Assembly (NCBI GenBank): GCA_038087875.1
Contig: CM075990.1
Coordinates: 6,016,001 to 6,080,000, forward strand
DNA length: 64,000 bases
Origin: Malacoraja senta
Lineage: Eukaryota
Reading direction: 5' to 3'
Both the position numbers and the translations under genes were made by a program. The notes under the pieces were generated by a model. It was not told the origin of the DNA and did no database searches. It was given only the letters and a program-made list of their open reading frames with translations. Of the stretch, positions 1 to 11,242 are shown one piece after another. The stretch's first letter is position 1. Every line of letters begins with the position of its first letter.

Positions 1-286
1 TGGTCCTACTGCTTTCCCATACAAGAGAAAGGTTAATTGAGAAAACATATTGTGAACTATTTGCCTCCAGGTGGGTTTGGTCTAATGATCTTCACACTGT
101 TCCCTTTGTGCAAAAGCATTTAACAAGCTGGGGGAAATATTCCAAATTCCCTTTCACACCTGTTTTGTAGGTGTTTACCTTCACAACATTATTTGATGCG
201 CTTCAGATTTGAGTCAGAAGAAGGGTCTCAACCTGAAATGTCACCCATTCCTTCTCTCCAGAGATGCTGTCTGTCCTGCTGAGTTA

Positions 287-740
287 AGTGCCTGTCCCAC
301 TGTACGAGGTAATTCAAGAGTGGATACTCCATGTATCAGTGCGAGTAACCTCATTGGTCCCTTGTTTGCGTACACAGGAGTAAGCTCCACTGCCCGCTGT
401 CCTGTTATCCATCGCCCGCTGACCCACTCCGCTCTATGATCTTTGCTCTTGAGCTGGTCCCCTCAGTGTTCAGACGGAGAGCACTGCCAGAGGTGAGCAG
501 GCCGGCAGAAGGCGCTGAGGTCCTGCGGCCGCTCGCAGCCACCCGAGCTGCTTCCCTCCCCGGCCACAATGCGGTGGCTCCGCGCCCGGAGCGCCACGGC
601 AACGGTAAGTGAGCGAGTTGCTGGCATGAACCCCGACTCCCTCCTTCTCAAAGCTCCTGCCCTCCCCACATCTTTACCGCTGGCTAGTCTCACCACAAGC
701 TGTGAAAGGAACTCTTCCCCTAATTGGTCCCTTGAACTAA
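287..740. mobile_element. Harbinger-type left terminus with a GC-rich interior; right end not found
   Basis: tta|agtgcctgtcccactgtacgaggtaattcaagag matches the subfamily A terminus. Confidence 0.5.
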
Positions 741-1626
741 TATTAGTATAAACTTATTAATTCACTCATTCATTCATTCATTATAGTCATTCAATAAGAT
801 CACAACTGATTCAACTTGTGCTCCCGTTTTTCCCACCATCTCCCCACCTGCCATCACCCGCCACCCCCCACCCATTCAGTAATTCAGAATGAAGGAGATT
901 TGGAAGCCTTGGGCAAATAGAATTGTTACTTTCTTTATTTTTATTCTTTATGTTCACGGAGAGGAGAACAATCTGCGCATACGCGGTTTAAGATTTTTTT
1001 AAAGCCGTCTGACTGTGTACCCTGAGTAAATACTCATGGCACATGCCTGCATGTGTTGTATAATCTGCTTTACCATATACAATGTCCCAGGTAATAGGTC
1101 GTGTGTGAGATGTTCACTGTTTGCAAGAGGGACTGCCATTTTGCAAAAGGTGTCTTTCATGGAGCTCTTTTAGTCTTGTCCTCAGGTTTAGACAATACAG
1201 TTTAGACAATATTGTTCAAACAGGTGTGGACAATACCTGTTTCATAGGCTCAACCAAGAGGTTAGACTGTGGATGATGAGTAAGGCTCTTCCCTTGCTGC
1301 TCTCTGGCCTCAGTCTCATGACTCCCACACTCCAAGCCTCCTTGCTGCTTTTCCTCCTGCGCCAGTTTTTTGTCTTCAATTAACAAGGTTGTACAGCATG
1401 CAAAATGTGGTAATGAAGTCACCGCATCTACCTAGTGGGAACTGCAAGTAATTACATTTCGTCTCCGGTAACCTTTGGAATGTGACACTGTTGTTCTGGT
1501 ACTTTAATGGCTCTCGTTATATTTGTGTTCAGTAACTATTGAGTACACTGCATTGACTAGCCATGGTCAAGGATCATCACACCACGATACGTCCCTCAGG
1601 GCAGAACCTGCCATTAAAGTATAGGG

Positions 1627-1813
1627 TGTTAAAGAAGGAACTGCAGATGCTGGAAAATCGAAGGTACACAAAAATGCTGGAGAAACTCAGCGGTTGCAGC
1701 AGCATCTATGGAGCGAAGAAAACAGGCAACGTTTCGGGCCGAAACGTTGCCTGTTTCCTTCGCTCCATAGATGCTGCTGCACCCGCTGAGTTTCTCCAGC
1801 ATTTTTGTGTACC
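1627..1813. mobile_element. Fold-back pair of Penelope-derived terminal repeats with a 16-bp flanking direct repeat
   Basis: Near-perfect hairpin 1663-1813; ccattaaagtataggg at 1611-1626 and 1812-1827. Confidence 0.8.
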
Positions 1814-1829
1814 ATTAAAGTATAGGGCT

Positions 1830-1977
1830 TTGTCAACTCTGTCAGACTCATCAAGTGATGTGGTCCCGAGAAATATGGCCTTCACTCACTTTTCTTGTGA
1901 TCCACATCAACCTGTACACTACAGGAAGTAGGAATCATTCCTGTTGATGAAAAGTTCCATGTGCTACAAGGAAGGAC
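1830..1977 (-). pseudogene. Possible heavily decayed QRFPR TM5/ICL3 exon
   Basis: One frame reads HQQE*FLLPVVYRLMWITRKVSEG, versus QRFPR HQKIYTTFILVILFLLPL...ELWIKKRVGDG; needs large deletions to align. Confidence 0.3.
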
Positions 1978-2101
1978 CTGTGGGAATATGACTCATTGCC
2001 ATTTTTTATCCTCACTGAAAACTTTTTTTTGTTGCAATTTTAGTGCATGGATGATCTTTCTCATGATGTAGTGAGCAGCTGTTGTGCCCATTTACAATGA
2101 T

Positions 2102-2227
2102 CCTCTCGAGATGAAGACCAGCCTTAATGTGACTTGTCAGATGAATGTCTCTCGAGATGAAGACCAGCCTTAATGTGACGTCAGATGAATCTCTCTCGAG
2201 ATGAAGACCAGCCTTAATGTTACTTGT
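2102..2227. repeat. Three tandem copies of a 41-46 bp unit (tctctcgagatgaagaccagccttaatgt...)
   Basis: Seen directly. Confidence 0.9.
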
Positions 2228-2749
2228 TCAGGCACAAGAACACGGTCAAAGGTTTTCCTGAAGAATGCCACATATCTTAGTGATGACAGCCTTGGAAATA
2301 ATGAGCTTTCAAATTCACTATTTATCAGAGTGGTCCAGTTAAAATATGGTATCTCTGGAGACTCTATAGGAATAGACTTCATTCAGAGGCAAACTGATAG
2401 TCCGCAACACCTATACATCCAGTAATGGAGTGCTGTCGGTTGTATCACTGCAGAATGAATGTCACAGCTGGAGAAATGATATCGTAGTATACCATGCAAA
2501 CGTTGAAATTTGTTTGAACAACGTGAAATCATTTCTGAAGCTGCCCAATTGGGAGTGCTGACGTCAGCACCATGTCCCTTTATGTATTGAGAAAATCAAT
2601 AACTAGGGTTATGTGCTTTTAGTTCACGGTCTTCTCCAAAGATGGTGGTGGTGTACAGTTCTCCGACTCCAAGCATTGATCCCTTCTTTATCCTTGAGCG
2701 TGCTACCTTCTCCTCGGTTACTCTCTGTTTTTTTAATCTTGCAGTGCTT

Positions 2750-2940
2750 GCAGTGCCAGAGACCCAGGTTCGATCCCGACTACGGGTGCTGTTGTACGGA
2801 CTTTCTCCGAGATCTTTGGATTCGTCCCACAATCCAAAGATGTACAGGTCTGTAGGTTAATTGGCTTGGTATAACAGTTGGTCGTTGGTCGGTCTGGACT
2901 CAATGGGCCTGGTTCCATGTTGTATATCTAAACTAAACTA
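2750..2940 (+). mobile_element. V-SINE (HE1-like), partial, with CR1-type tail
   Basis: B box, V-domain, (aaact)n tail. Confidence 0.75.
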
Positions 2941-4139
2941 TTAAAAGGCCTTCGGATTTTCTTTAATCCAACTCTACAATTACATTTCGTGATCCCCTCT
3001 GCCCTTTCTAACCTCCTGCTCGAGTTCTTTGATGCTCGCTTTATATTCCTGAAACACCCTGACTGATTTAATCTTTCGAAACCTTACATACATTTCCGTT
3101 TTCCTTTTGACCAAATGTTTAAATTTGCTGAAAATTCTTGTCGAGGGTAAATCTACATCCATTTATCAATGATTTATCTTTCCTGCCACTACATGAGTTA
3201 GTGGCTTTTAATGAGTTATGGGTGACAGAGCAAACAAAAAAGAAATGTGTTTTAGGTGTGGGAAACCTAAACACTAACAGAAGCTATAAATACTTTACAA
3301 GTCAGTGGTGTTTGTGCACTGTCTAATGGAATAGAGATCATTATTAAGGTCCTCTGAAACAGCTTAGAAGGTTTTACAATATTCAGACATGAAATAAAAG
3401 CATGTTATTAATGTTGCACATCTTGAATTAGCCAGGATAATGAACAAAAACTTTCCACCAGTTTTCATTGAAAAGACTGAAAAAAGAAACATTTCAGCAG
3501 TAGGAAAAAGTGAAATGGGATGTTAAACAACCAAGAAAGAAAGAAAGAAAGGATTTATTGGGAAAACTGTTACATTGATGAACAAAAGTCTAGTTTGTAC
3601 ATTGAATAAAAAATTAAATAGAAGTAAAATAGAGAACTGCAATTCCGCACTTCAAATGAAATCCTGATTATACAGTTCTAAACCTAATGTTGATGGAAGA
3701 AAAATACAAATAGTTTCATAGAACATTAGATAATAAAACATGGGCAAATGGGTATTACAAGAGAAACTATTTTCGATAAATATCTGGAAGGAAAATTGCT
3801 TACCCAACCAGATTGACATTTTTGAAGAAAAGAGGAACAATAAAATAAAATTGCAGAAGCCCTTTGCTAAGGTGCTACGTAAGAAGAGGTTCATGGAAAA
3901 GCGTAGAGTGTGCGGTATAGAGTAAAACCACATAACTGAATGAAAGATGAGTACAACAGAATCAGGAAATTTCTCACAATAACAGGAAGAGGGTAGTCAT
4001 TCCCAACAAGGTCATCATTTGCAGAAATTATGTGGAGGGTGGGGGGAAAGCAACGTGCTAAATAAGCAAAAAGTTACAAACTACAAAGAGATGAATCTAA
4101 TGTTAGCAACGCAAATGGATATGGGTATGAAATATGCAA

Positions 4140-4660
4140 TTAAAATAAGGAGGTTCATTACCAAGGAGACACAACACCCTGGCCAAGCTCTCATTTCACT
4201 CTGATCATCGGGAAGAAGGTGCTGGAGGCTGTAAACCGTGATCTCCAGTTTCAAGAATAGCTTCTTACCAATAACCATTAGGCTCTTGAACATGTTGTGG
4301 GAAGGAACTGCAGATGCTGGTTTACACCGAAGATAGAAACAAAATGCTGGAGCAACTCAGCGGGACAGGCAGCATCTCTGGATAGAAGAAATGAGTGACT
4401 TTTTGGGTTGAGACCCTTCTTCAGACTGAATCAGGGGAGAGGGAGATACAGAGATAAGGAAGAGGCCCGTGAACATAACAAACACTAACTAAACCCTCTC
4501 TTGGTTGCACTAAACACTTTGGGCTTGTTGCAATCATATTGGAGTTTTAATTAATATATTTGTTGTTTATTATGTCATCTATAAACTGTGTTTGCAGGCC
4601 TGTTATGCTGTAAGTAAATTTTATTGTTCATTTTTGGTACATATGATAATTAAAAAACCG
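4140..4660 (+). mobile_element. Rex1-type LINE 3' end, interrupted by a Penelope-derived repeat (about 4296-4465)
   Basis: HPGQALISL.SSGRR..FKNSFLP.TIRLLN-like sequence. Confidence 0.65.
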
Positions 4661-4694
4661 TTGTCTTGTCTTGGATATAATTCATACCAACGAC

Positions 4695-4700
<6 letters not shown>

Positions 4701-4742
<42 letters not shown>

Positions 4743-5202
4743 GACAGAGAGAGAGAGACAGAGAGAGATAGACAGAGAGAGAGACAGAGAGAGAGAGAGA
4801 CAGAGAGAGACAGAGAGAGGCAGAGAGAGAGACAGAGAGAGAGAGAGACAGAGAGAGAGAGAGAGGGAGACAGAGAGAGAGAGACAGAGAGACAGAGATA
4901 CAGACACAGAGAGACAGAGAGACAGAGAGAGAGACAGAGAGGCAGAGAGACAGAGAGGCAGAGAGACAGAGAGACAGAGAGACAGAGACAGACAGAGACA
5001 CAGAGAGAGAGAGAGACAGAGAGAGACAGAGAGAGAGAGACAGAGAGAGAGACAGAGAGAGAGACAGGCAGAGAGAGACAGAGAGAGAGACAGAGAGAGA
5101 GAGAGACAGAGAGAGAGAGAGAGACAGAGAGAGAGAGAGACAGAGAGCGAGAGAGAGAGACAGAGAGAGAGAGAGACAGAGAGAGAGACAGAGAGAGAGA
5201 GA
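4701..5202. repeat. (GA)n/(GAGACA)n compound microsatellite, about 500 bp
   Basis: Seen directly. Confidence 0.97.
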
Positions 5203-5444
5203 AACTAGGTACACCAAGATCAGTACAAATTTATAATATTGTTCATTGAACTAAAAAAGGATATTGCAACTACTGCAAATATGCAGTAAAGATTGAAACC
5301 AGAATTGAGAGCAAAATTACAGAGATTGCAGTTATTTTATTGGAACAAGGTTACGTGATAGATATTTTTAAAGTGATAGTGAGTTTCAACAGTGAAATAT
5401 GAGCTCAAGGCCAGAATAAAAAGGAGCTTTTAATAGTATAAGCA

Positions 5445-5445
<1 letters not shown>

Positions 5446-5491
<46 letters not shown>
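5446..5491. repeat. (TAAG)n microsatellite
   Basis: Seen directly. Confidence 0.95.
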
Positions 5492-5492
<1 letters not shown>

Positions 5493-6437
5493 CAGTCCAA
5501 CTTGGAATGGGTTGTTTCTATGCTTTGGATCTGATGTCATTCACTTATATTTGAACGATCATAATAAGTGCTTCAAAATAATTTGTAATTTTAGATTGTT
5601 AGCCACAAAATATAATTCATTTATATTCAGGTCACATTAGGGGTGTTTATGAAATGATTACTTGGGCTATGTCCTGCTGTTTCAACATGCAGTTTCTCTA
5701 GATTATTTTCTCGCTCCAGTCTTTTGTTCAATATTCCGAGAGCTATTTAAAGAAAAATCGACCAATAAGAGACATTTTCCACACAAATGAAAAGTAAAAT
5801 CATATCAATTATTTCTATCTCCAGATATTTACTCAATGTAATACAATGCATGTTTTAAATCTGATGAAAAATTATCATTGATGATGACTGTAAACTCAAG
5901 CAAAATAATATCAGAAATGATCATGTCACCCACAATATTTGACACTTTTGGCTAATGCTACTCATTTTTTACTAAATGTTAAAATGTACCATTTGGTTGG
6001 TGTTTTCCATGCTGATCCACAGAAAAGTGTTCTATTATGAGCACGGTGAATATAGTTAGGGTGCGAAGCACAACATATAGCACCAATTAGAAGTAACTCA
6101 CCGGTTACAACTACTATTCCAACATTTTCCTGTATTCTCTTAAAACCTTGTGCCACTTTGTGCACATTGGTGTTCAGTCCAGTTTGTTGGTTTGTTTTCC
6201 TTGTGACTGAATCTAGCTGTAGTTGCTAGGATACACTAATCTGAAAACACCATGTGCGATCAAGTTATAGGACGCAAAGATTAAACACACAGTCAGATGC
6301 CGTTGCCTGTATAATTATTATTTTCTCCTATTTTTGAAACATACAGCACACTATTTAAAATGCCTGAATTAATTCAAGTAAGGTGCAAATCTTCTAAAAG
6401 TGAAGAAAATTGCATTTGCAGTGTGTATAACAAATAA

Positions 6438-6625
6438 GGGCGGCACGGTGGCGCAGCGGTAGAGTTGCTGCCTTACAGCGTTTGCTGCGCCGGAGACCCG
6501 GGTTCGATCCCGACTACGCATGCTGTCTGTACGGAGTTTGCACGTTCTCCCTGTGACCGTGTAGGCTTTCACTGAAATCTTCGGTTTCCTCCCACATTCC
6601 AAAGACGTACAGGTTTGTAGGTTTT
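6438..6625 (+). mobile_element. tRNA-derived V-SINE (HE1-like)
   Basis: A box ggtggcgcagcggtag, B box ggttcgatcc, V-domain ggtttcctcccacattccaaagac. Confidence 0.85.
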
Positions 6626-9517
6626 TAATATAATAGTTACAATCTAGGATCTGAATGCAGTAGCTGCTTCAAAGACACATGCATCTTGAAATTTCCACCC
6701 CAAGTGTTGTCAATTTCATGAGGCCTAGAGTTATGAAGGAGCAATACATAATTCTTTCAACTTGTATCAGATTGCTTGTTTTGGGTTTTATTAGCATATG
6801 GAATGTGGCTAAGATTTTTATGGGGATACCATTTCAGATGGTTGGTCGGTTATCTATTTCATTAGGCATTTAATATTCCCTGGTGGAATTCTGAATGAAC
6901 AGGAACATGAGTTTAAGAGGGGGTGCATATGAACACTGATACATTGCTCCTCTTGTTTCTCGATCAAAGGTGTGGCAGACTTCTGAATAGCCTCTGTAGT
7001 CACTAAATTAATTCTACACCATCTAGTGGCGGATTATTTCAACCAACCCAGAAATAATTAAATAGTACAAGAAAAGGGCGATTTACACGACAGTACAGCA
7101 CAGTTATTTAGCTCCTTCAGAGGAGAACTAGCAAACAAAATTTGTGGTGGTAACGACATTGGAAAAATTTATAGTTGGGGAAAATGATGGTCAGCTAAAC
7201 GCCAACACTGATCTATGAGAATAGGAATGGTGGGTGAATGGGTAAATGAAAATTAGTAGATAGACACAAAATACTGGAATAACTCAGCAGGACAGACGGA
7301 ATCTCTGGACAGAAGGAATGGGTGATGTTTCCGGTCAAGACTCTTCTTCAGATTAGGATGGGAGCAGCAGAGTATTAGGGGTTCAACTCTATGCAGGGCA
7401 GTAAATGGTAAATATGGCAAGACTGTTGGTATAGGCATGTTTAGAGGAAATGAAGGCATAGACAATGGTTTCATCATCAGGTTGTACCCTCGACAGATAT
7501 ACTAAGAGTAAGAGTGTGGTATGGGAAAGAATAGGTCCCCATAAAGATCAACGTGGCCATCTTTACCTAGAAGCACAAGGAATGGGGGAGAAATTAAATG
7601 AATACTTCTTAGCTGTTTTTACTGAGGAGAAGATTGTGGAAATTGAATCAGCTTCTGCTGTGCAGCTCTGAAGCTCTCTGACTCGATCAGCAGAATTATG
7701 AATGGTGCAGATAGTTCATCTAAGGTCAAATAGGAATTCAAGGTTATGAACAGTCAAGGTTCAATTAAGGATAGTTACAGGAAATAGGATGGATGAATTA
7801 CCTAAGGAATGAGTTGGTGGTGGAGACTAAAGAGAATGGCTTCAGTCCTCACAATAATTAGTTGGAGAACATTTCTGCTCGTGCATAACAGCATGCCAGA
7901 CAAAGAATCAACAATTTAGAGACAGCCTGGAGTGGTGAAGTTGCTGGTGGTGAGGAAAGCTGCAGTGTGTTTTTGACTGACACCACCAAGCAGCTTAGCG
8001 TAGTTGAAAAATAGGACGTGATCAATAAAGAGCGGTAAAGATTCAGGAAACAGACATAAAAAGCTGGAGTCATTTAGCAAGTCAGGCAGCATCTCTGGAG
8101 AAAAGGAATATGTGACCTTCTGGGTCGATACCCTTCTTCAGACAAACCTTTCTTCAGAAAGATTCAAGAGCTCTCAGTGGATAAAAAAGAATAAGGTGCG
8201 GCTAGACAATGGAGGATGGTAGGTTTGTTTCAAAGGCTTCAGACAGCAGAATAACGCTGTGGCCAAAAATCGAATGGAGAAATTTATACATGGAATTATC
8301 TGCAGCAACATCGGGTAATGTAAGAGTCAGTGAGTGAAGATGGTTGATCAACAATTTAGTGGAACAGGTCAAGAAATGATGGAATCGAGAAAAAGATTTA
8401 AGTTCAAGATGGGTTATTGATTAGGGATGATCAGCCATGGTCACAATGAATGGCGGTGCTGGCTTGAAGGGCCTCCTCCTGCAACTATTTTCTATGTTTC
8501 TATGTTTCAGGGATAGGGCCGTGGAGAAACTCAGGAAGTTTAAAGGTATGTGGCAGTGGAAGCTGGACAAGTGATTTAATCAGAATATTAAGTCTACCTG
8601 TTTCTCACGGTTCAATTCTTCACAACTAATCAATTGGAAATGAACTCTCTAAGTCTTACATTACCCAATGTCCCCTAATCTTGCAAACTGGTGAGTCATT
8701 CTTATTTATGCCTTTTTTTCTAAAGACCTGTACTTCTTGAGTAATCCATAAACCACTTGCCACCTGCAGAGAGAGATAGCAACTAATGCACTTGCAAGCA
8801 AACCAGGGATTGTTGCGAGGAGAGTAATTTCTTGGTTACCTGTATCTTTGGGCAACCAAACCAAAACATGAAAGCACAGACATCTATTTCAAACAAATCC
8901 ACTTGGACATCGACAAATGATGATGGTAACAATGATTGTTTTTGGCAAATCCACATCCACGAGTTTTTTTTTAAATCAAGAGATTTTATTCAAAATGCAC
9001 ATTAAGCTATACTATGTGTAATTTTGCAGTATTCATAAAAATTAAAATTCTCTAAAATTGTGTCCACAATTTTACTCCCCAATTGACCTTATTATGGTGG
9101 ATAAAAACATCCAGGAATACTTGCAGCTCATGGTTCCTTTGCACTGTCTACTTGTGATGTGATTTCAAAACATTTAATTACCAAATAAACGCCCACTTTA
9201 ACACTTGAAACATTTCGATAAATTTCTTATGGATATTCTCTTATTTAAGAGAATACAAATTTTCATCTCAAGATTTATTAATGGAATTCCCATATCTGAA
9301 AACTATGGCCAATTGAGTTAATTTGAGTCTCAAATTGTAAAACTATTATTTTTTTTAGATAATTTGGGAAACCTCTTGTAATGACTGTTTTTAATTCTAG
9401 CATTGACTTTTGAGTTCTGTGCTTACATAATTACTGTTAAAAAAAAAGTGACCTGCAAGTATAAAACATGTTTTTTCTATCCTCTGGCAGACAGGCTTTG
9501 TGAATAGTACAGCCTCT

Positions 9518-9735
9518 CTATGGAATTCTCTGCCTCAGAGGGCGGTGGAGGCCAGTTCTCTGGATACTTCAAAGAGAGAGCTAGATAGGGCTCTAAAAGA
9601 TAGCGGAGTCAGGGGATATGGGGAGAAGGCAGGAATGGGGTACTGATTGGGGATGATCAGCCATGATCACATTGAATGGTAGTGCTGGCTCGAAGGGCCA
9701 AATGGCCTACTCCTGTACCTATTGTCTATTGTCTC
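9518..9735 (+). mobile_element. CR1-type LINE 3' end
   Basis: tggaattctctgcctcagagggcggtggagg...cctattgtctattgtc tail. Confidence 0.85.
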
Positions 9736-10112
9736 TCTGGGTTTGAAATAGTCAGACATGTTCACAGCAAAAAGTCAGTATACTCTATTCTGGAGATCTC
9801 TCCAGCTGCGAAAATGGTCTTAAAGTCAGTGGGATAATCATAGTGCAATCTCTATTCAAAATACACTATTGTGGCACAAATATCGCATGCCATTCAGCAA
9901 TCTATGCATAAGTGATGCCAGATTAAATTTTCCCTGTGGTCTGCTACATCAAGTACATACCTAAAGGTTTCAGTGACAGACCTGCTAGAATTTTACAAGA
10001 TCAACAGGCATTTCAACCATTGTATTTCACCAAAGCCTATGAATGAGAAACAAATCCTGCTTTTAAAATTGCTGCTTATTTTGAATGCTGGCAATTGATT
10101 TTACTACAGTTA

Positions 10113-10428
10113 AGGGCCTGCCCCACTGTACGAGGTAATTCAAGAGCTCTCCCGAGTAAAAAAAAAATCAAACTCGTGGTAAGCACGTAGAATGTACGTA
10201 GCAGGTACGTCGGAGCTCGGGACGTCTCTTAGCGGCTCGTAACGCTAACGGCAGGTACTCGGCAAACGCGGTAAGTTCGTGAAGCCTTGTGAAGATTTTT
10301 CAACATGTTGAAAAATGTCCACAAGAGCCCCGAGTACCTACGAGCGACTATTACTGTAATTCTCCGAGTTCGAATCAGGGGAAACTCGGGAGAACTCTTG
10401 AATTAGCTCGTACAGTGGGACAGGCCCT
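10113..10428. mobile_element. PIF/Harbinger-type MITE, subfamily A
   Basis: TIR AGGGCCTG(T/C)CCCACTGTACGAG, TTA target-site duplication on both sides. Confidence 0.85.
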
Positions 10429-10565
10429 TTACAATTTTCTATTGCTAATGAGACGTGTGCATACAACAGAATTTTCTCAAGCAGCACTTGGGGTCTTGTT
10501 CATTCATCAATCCTGTCCTCCGCGATCTCTGTTGATTCTTGATCCAGCTAAACCTCAAATATAAA

Positions 10566-10700
10566 TTGTGTAGGAAGGAACTGCAGATGCTGGTTTAAAC
10601 CGAGGATAGGCACAAAAAGCTGGAGTAACTCAGTGGGTCAGGCAGCATCTCTGGGGAAAATGAATAGGTGACGTTTCGGGTCGAGACCCATCTTCAGATT
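10566..10700 (-). ncRNA. Penelope-derived repeat with a minimal hammerhead-ribozyme-like core (10670-10697)
   Basis: Minus strand reads CUGAAGA-U-GGGU(CUCG)ACCC-GAAAC-GUC. Confidence 0.55.
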
Positions 10701-10849
10701 ACTAAATATACATTTTTCACCTTTGTGCTCTAATTTCTCCAAAGTGGTTCTCACCCCAACTCTATGGCCGTAGAAGAATAGATTTCGAAATGGTGAGAGG
10801 CTGAAAAATGTTAGTGTTCGGAGGGACGGGTGACCTCGTACACAAGTCA

Positions 10850-11242
10850 TTGAAGCTTATTTGCAAGTTCAGCAAGCAATTAGGAAGGCTGGCACGTTGG
10901 CTTGTACTGAAAGAGTTATTGGTTACAAATATGGATAAATATTTTTCCAATTATATAGTTCTGGTGAGACTGCAACTGAAATATTGTGTATTCTCTCTAC
11001 TTAATATATATATATATATACTCAGTTCCATATGAGATGCTTGAAGATAGACACAAAATGCTGGAGTAACTCAGCAGGTGCGGCAGCATCTATGGAGAGC
11101 AGGAATGGGTGACGTTTCCGGTCGAGACCTTTCTTGAATATAGGATTGTGGCCATAGTACATAAAACTTTGCTTTGGTCACAGCTGGAGCAATGTGTGCA
11201 GTTCTGGTCTCTTCTCTACAATAAGGATATGATGGTACTGGG
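10850..11242 (+). mobile_element. Old CR1-type LINE fragments, interrupted by the Rex1 insertion (continue at about 13650-13850)
   Basis: VRLQLKYCV and CVQFWS motifs on the left; YEERLN..FSLELRRLGG-like sequence right of the Rex1 tail. Confidence 0.65.

Noticed and set aside
2102..2227. Short regularly spaced repeats resembling a CRISPR array
   Set aside because: Eukaryotic context, no unique spacers and no cas genes; a simple tandem triplication.
4621..5249. Long ORFs of 169-198 aa (ER- or LS-rich)
   Set aside because: They are translations of the (GA)n/(GAGACA)n microsatellite.
5962..6240. Exon-like segment with a GTGAGT donor and weak GPCR-like words (LVLYVVLR)
   Set aside because: Stops occur in all frames from the best acceptor, and the position is wrong for QRFPR exon 1.
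6438..6510. tRNA-like A/B boxes
   Set aside because: They are heads of V-SINEs followed by the V-domain and a CR1 tail, not tRNA genes.
7400..7480. IVYAF motif resembling GPCR TM7
   Set aside because: The context ETIVYAFISSK fits the L2 LINE motif ETLIHAFISSRLDY better.
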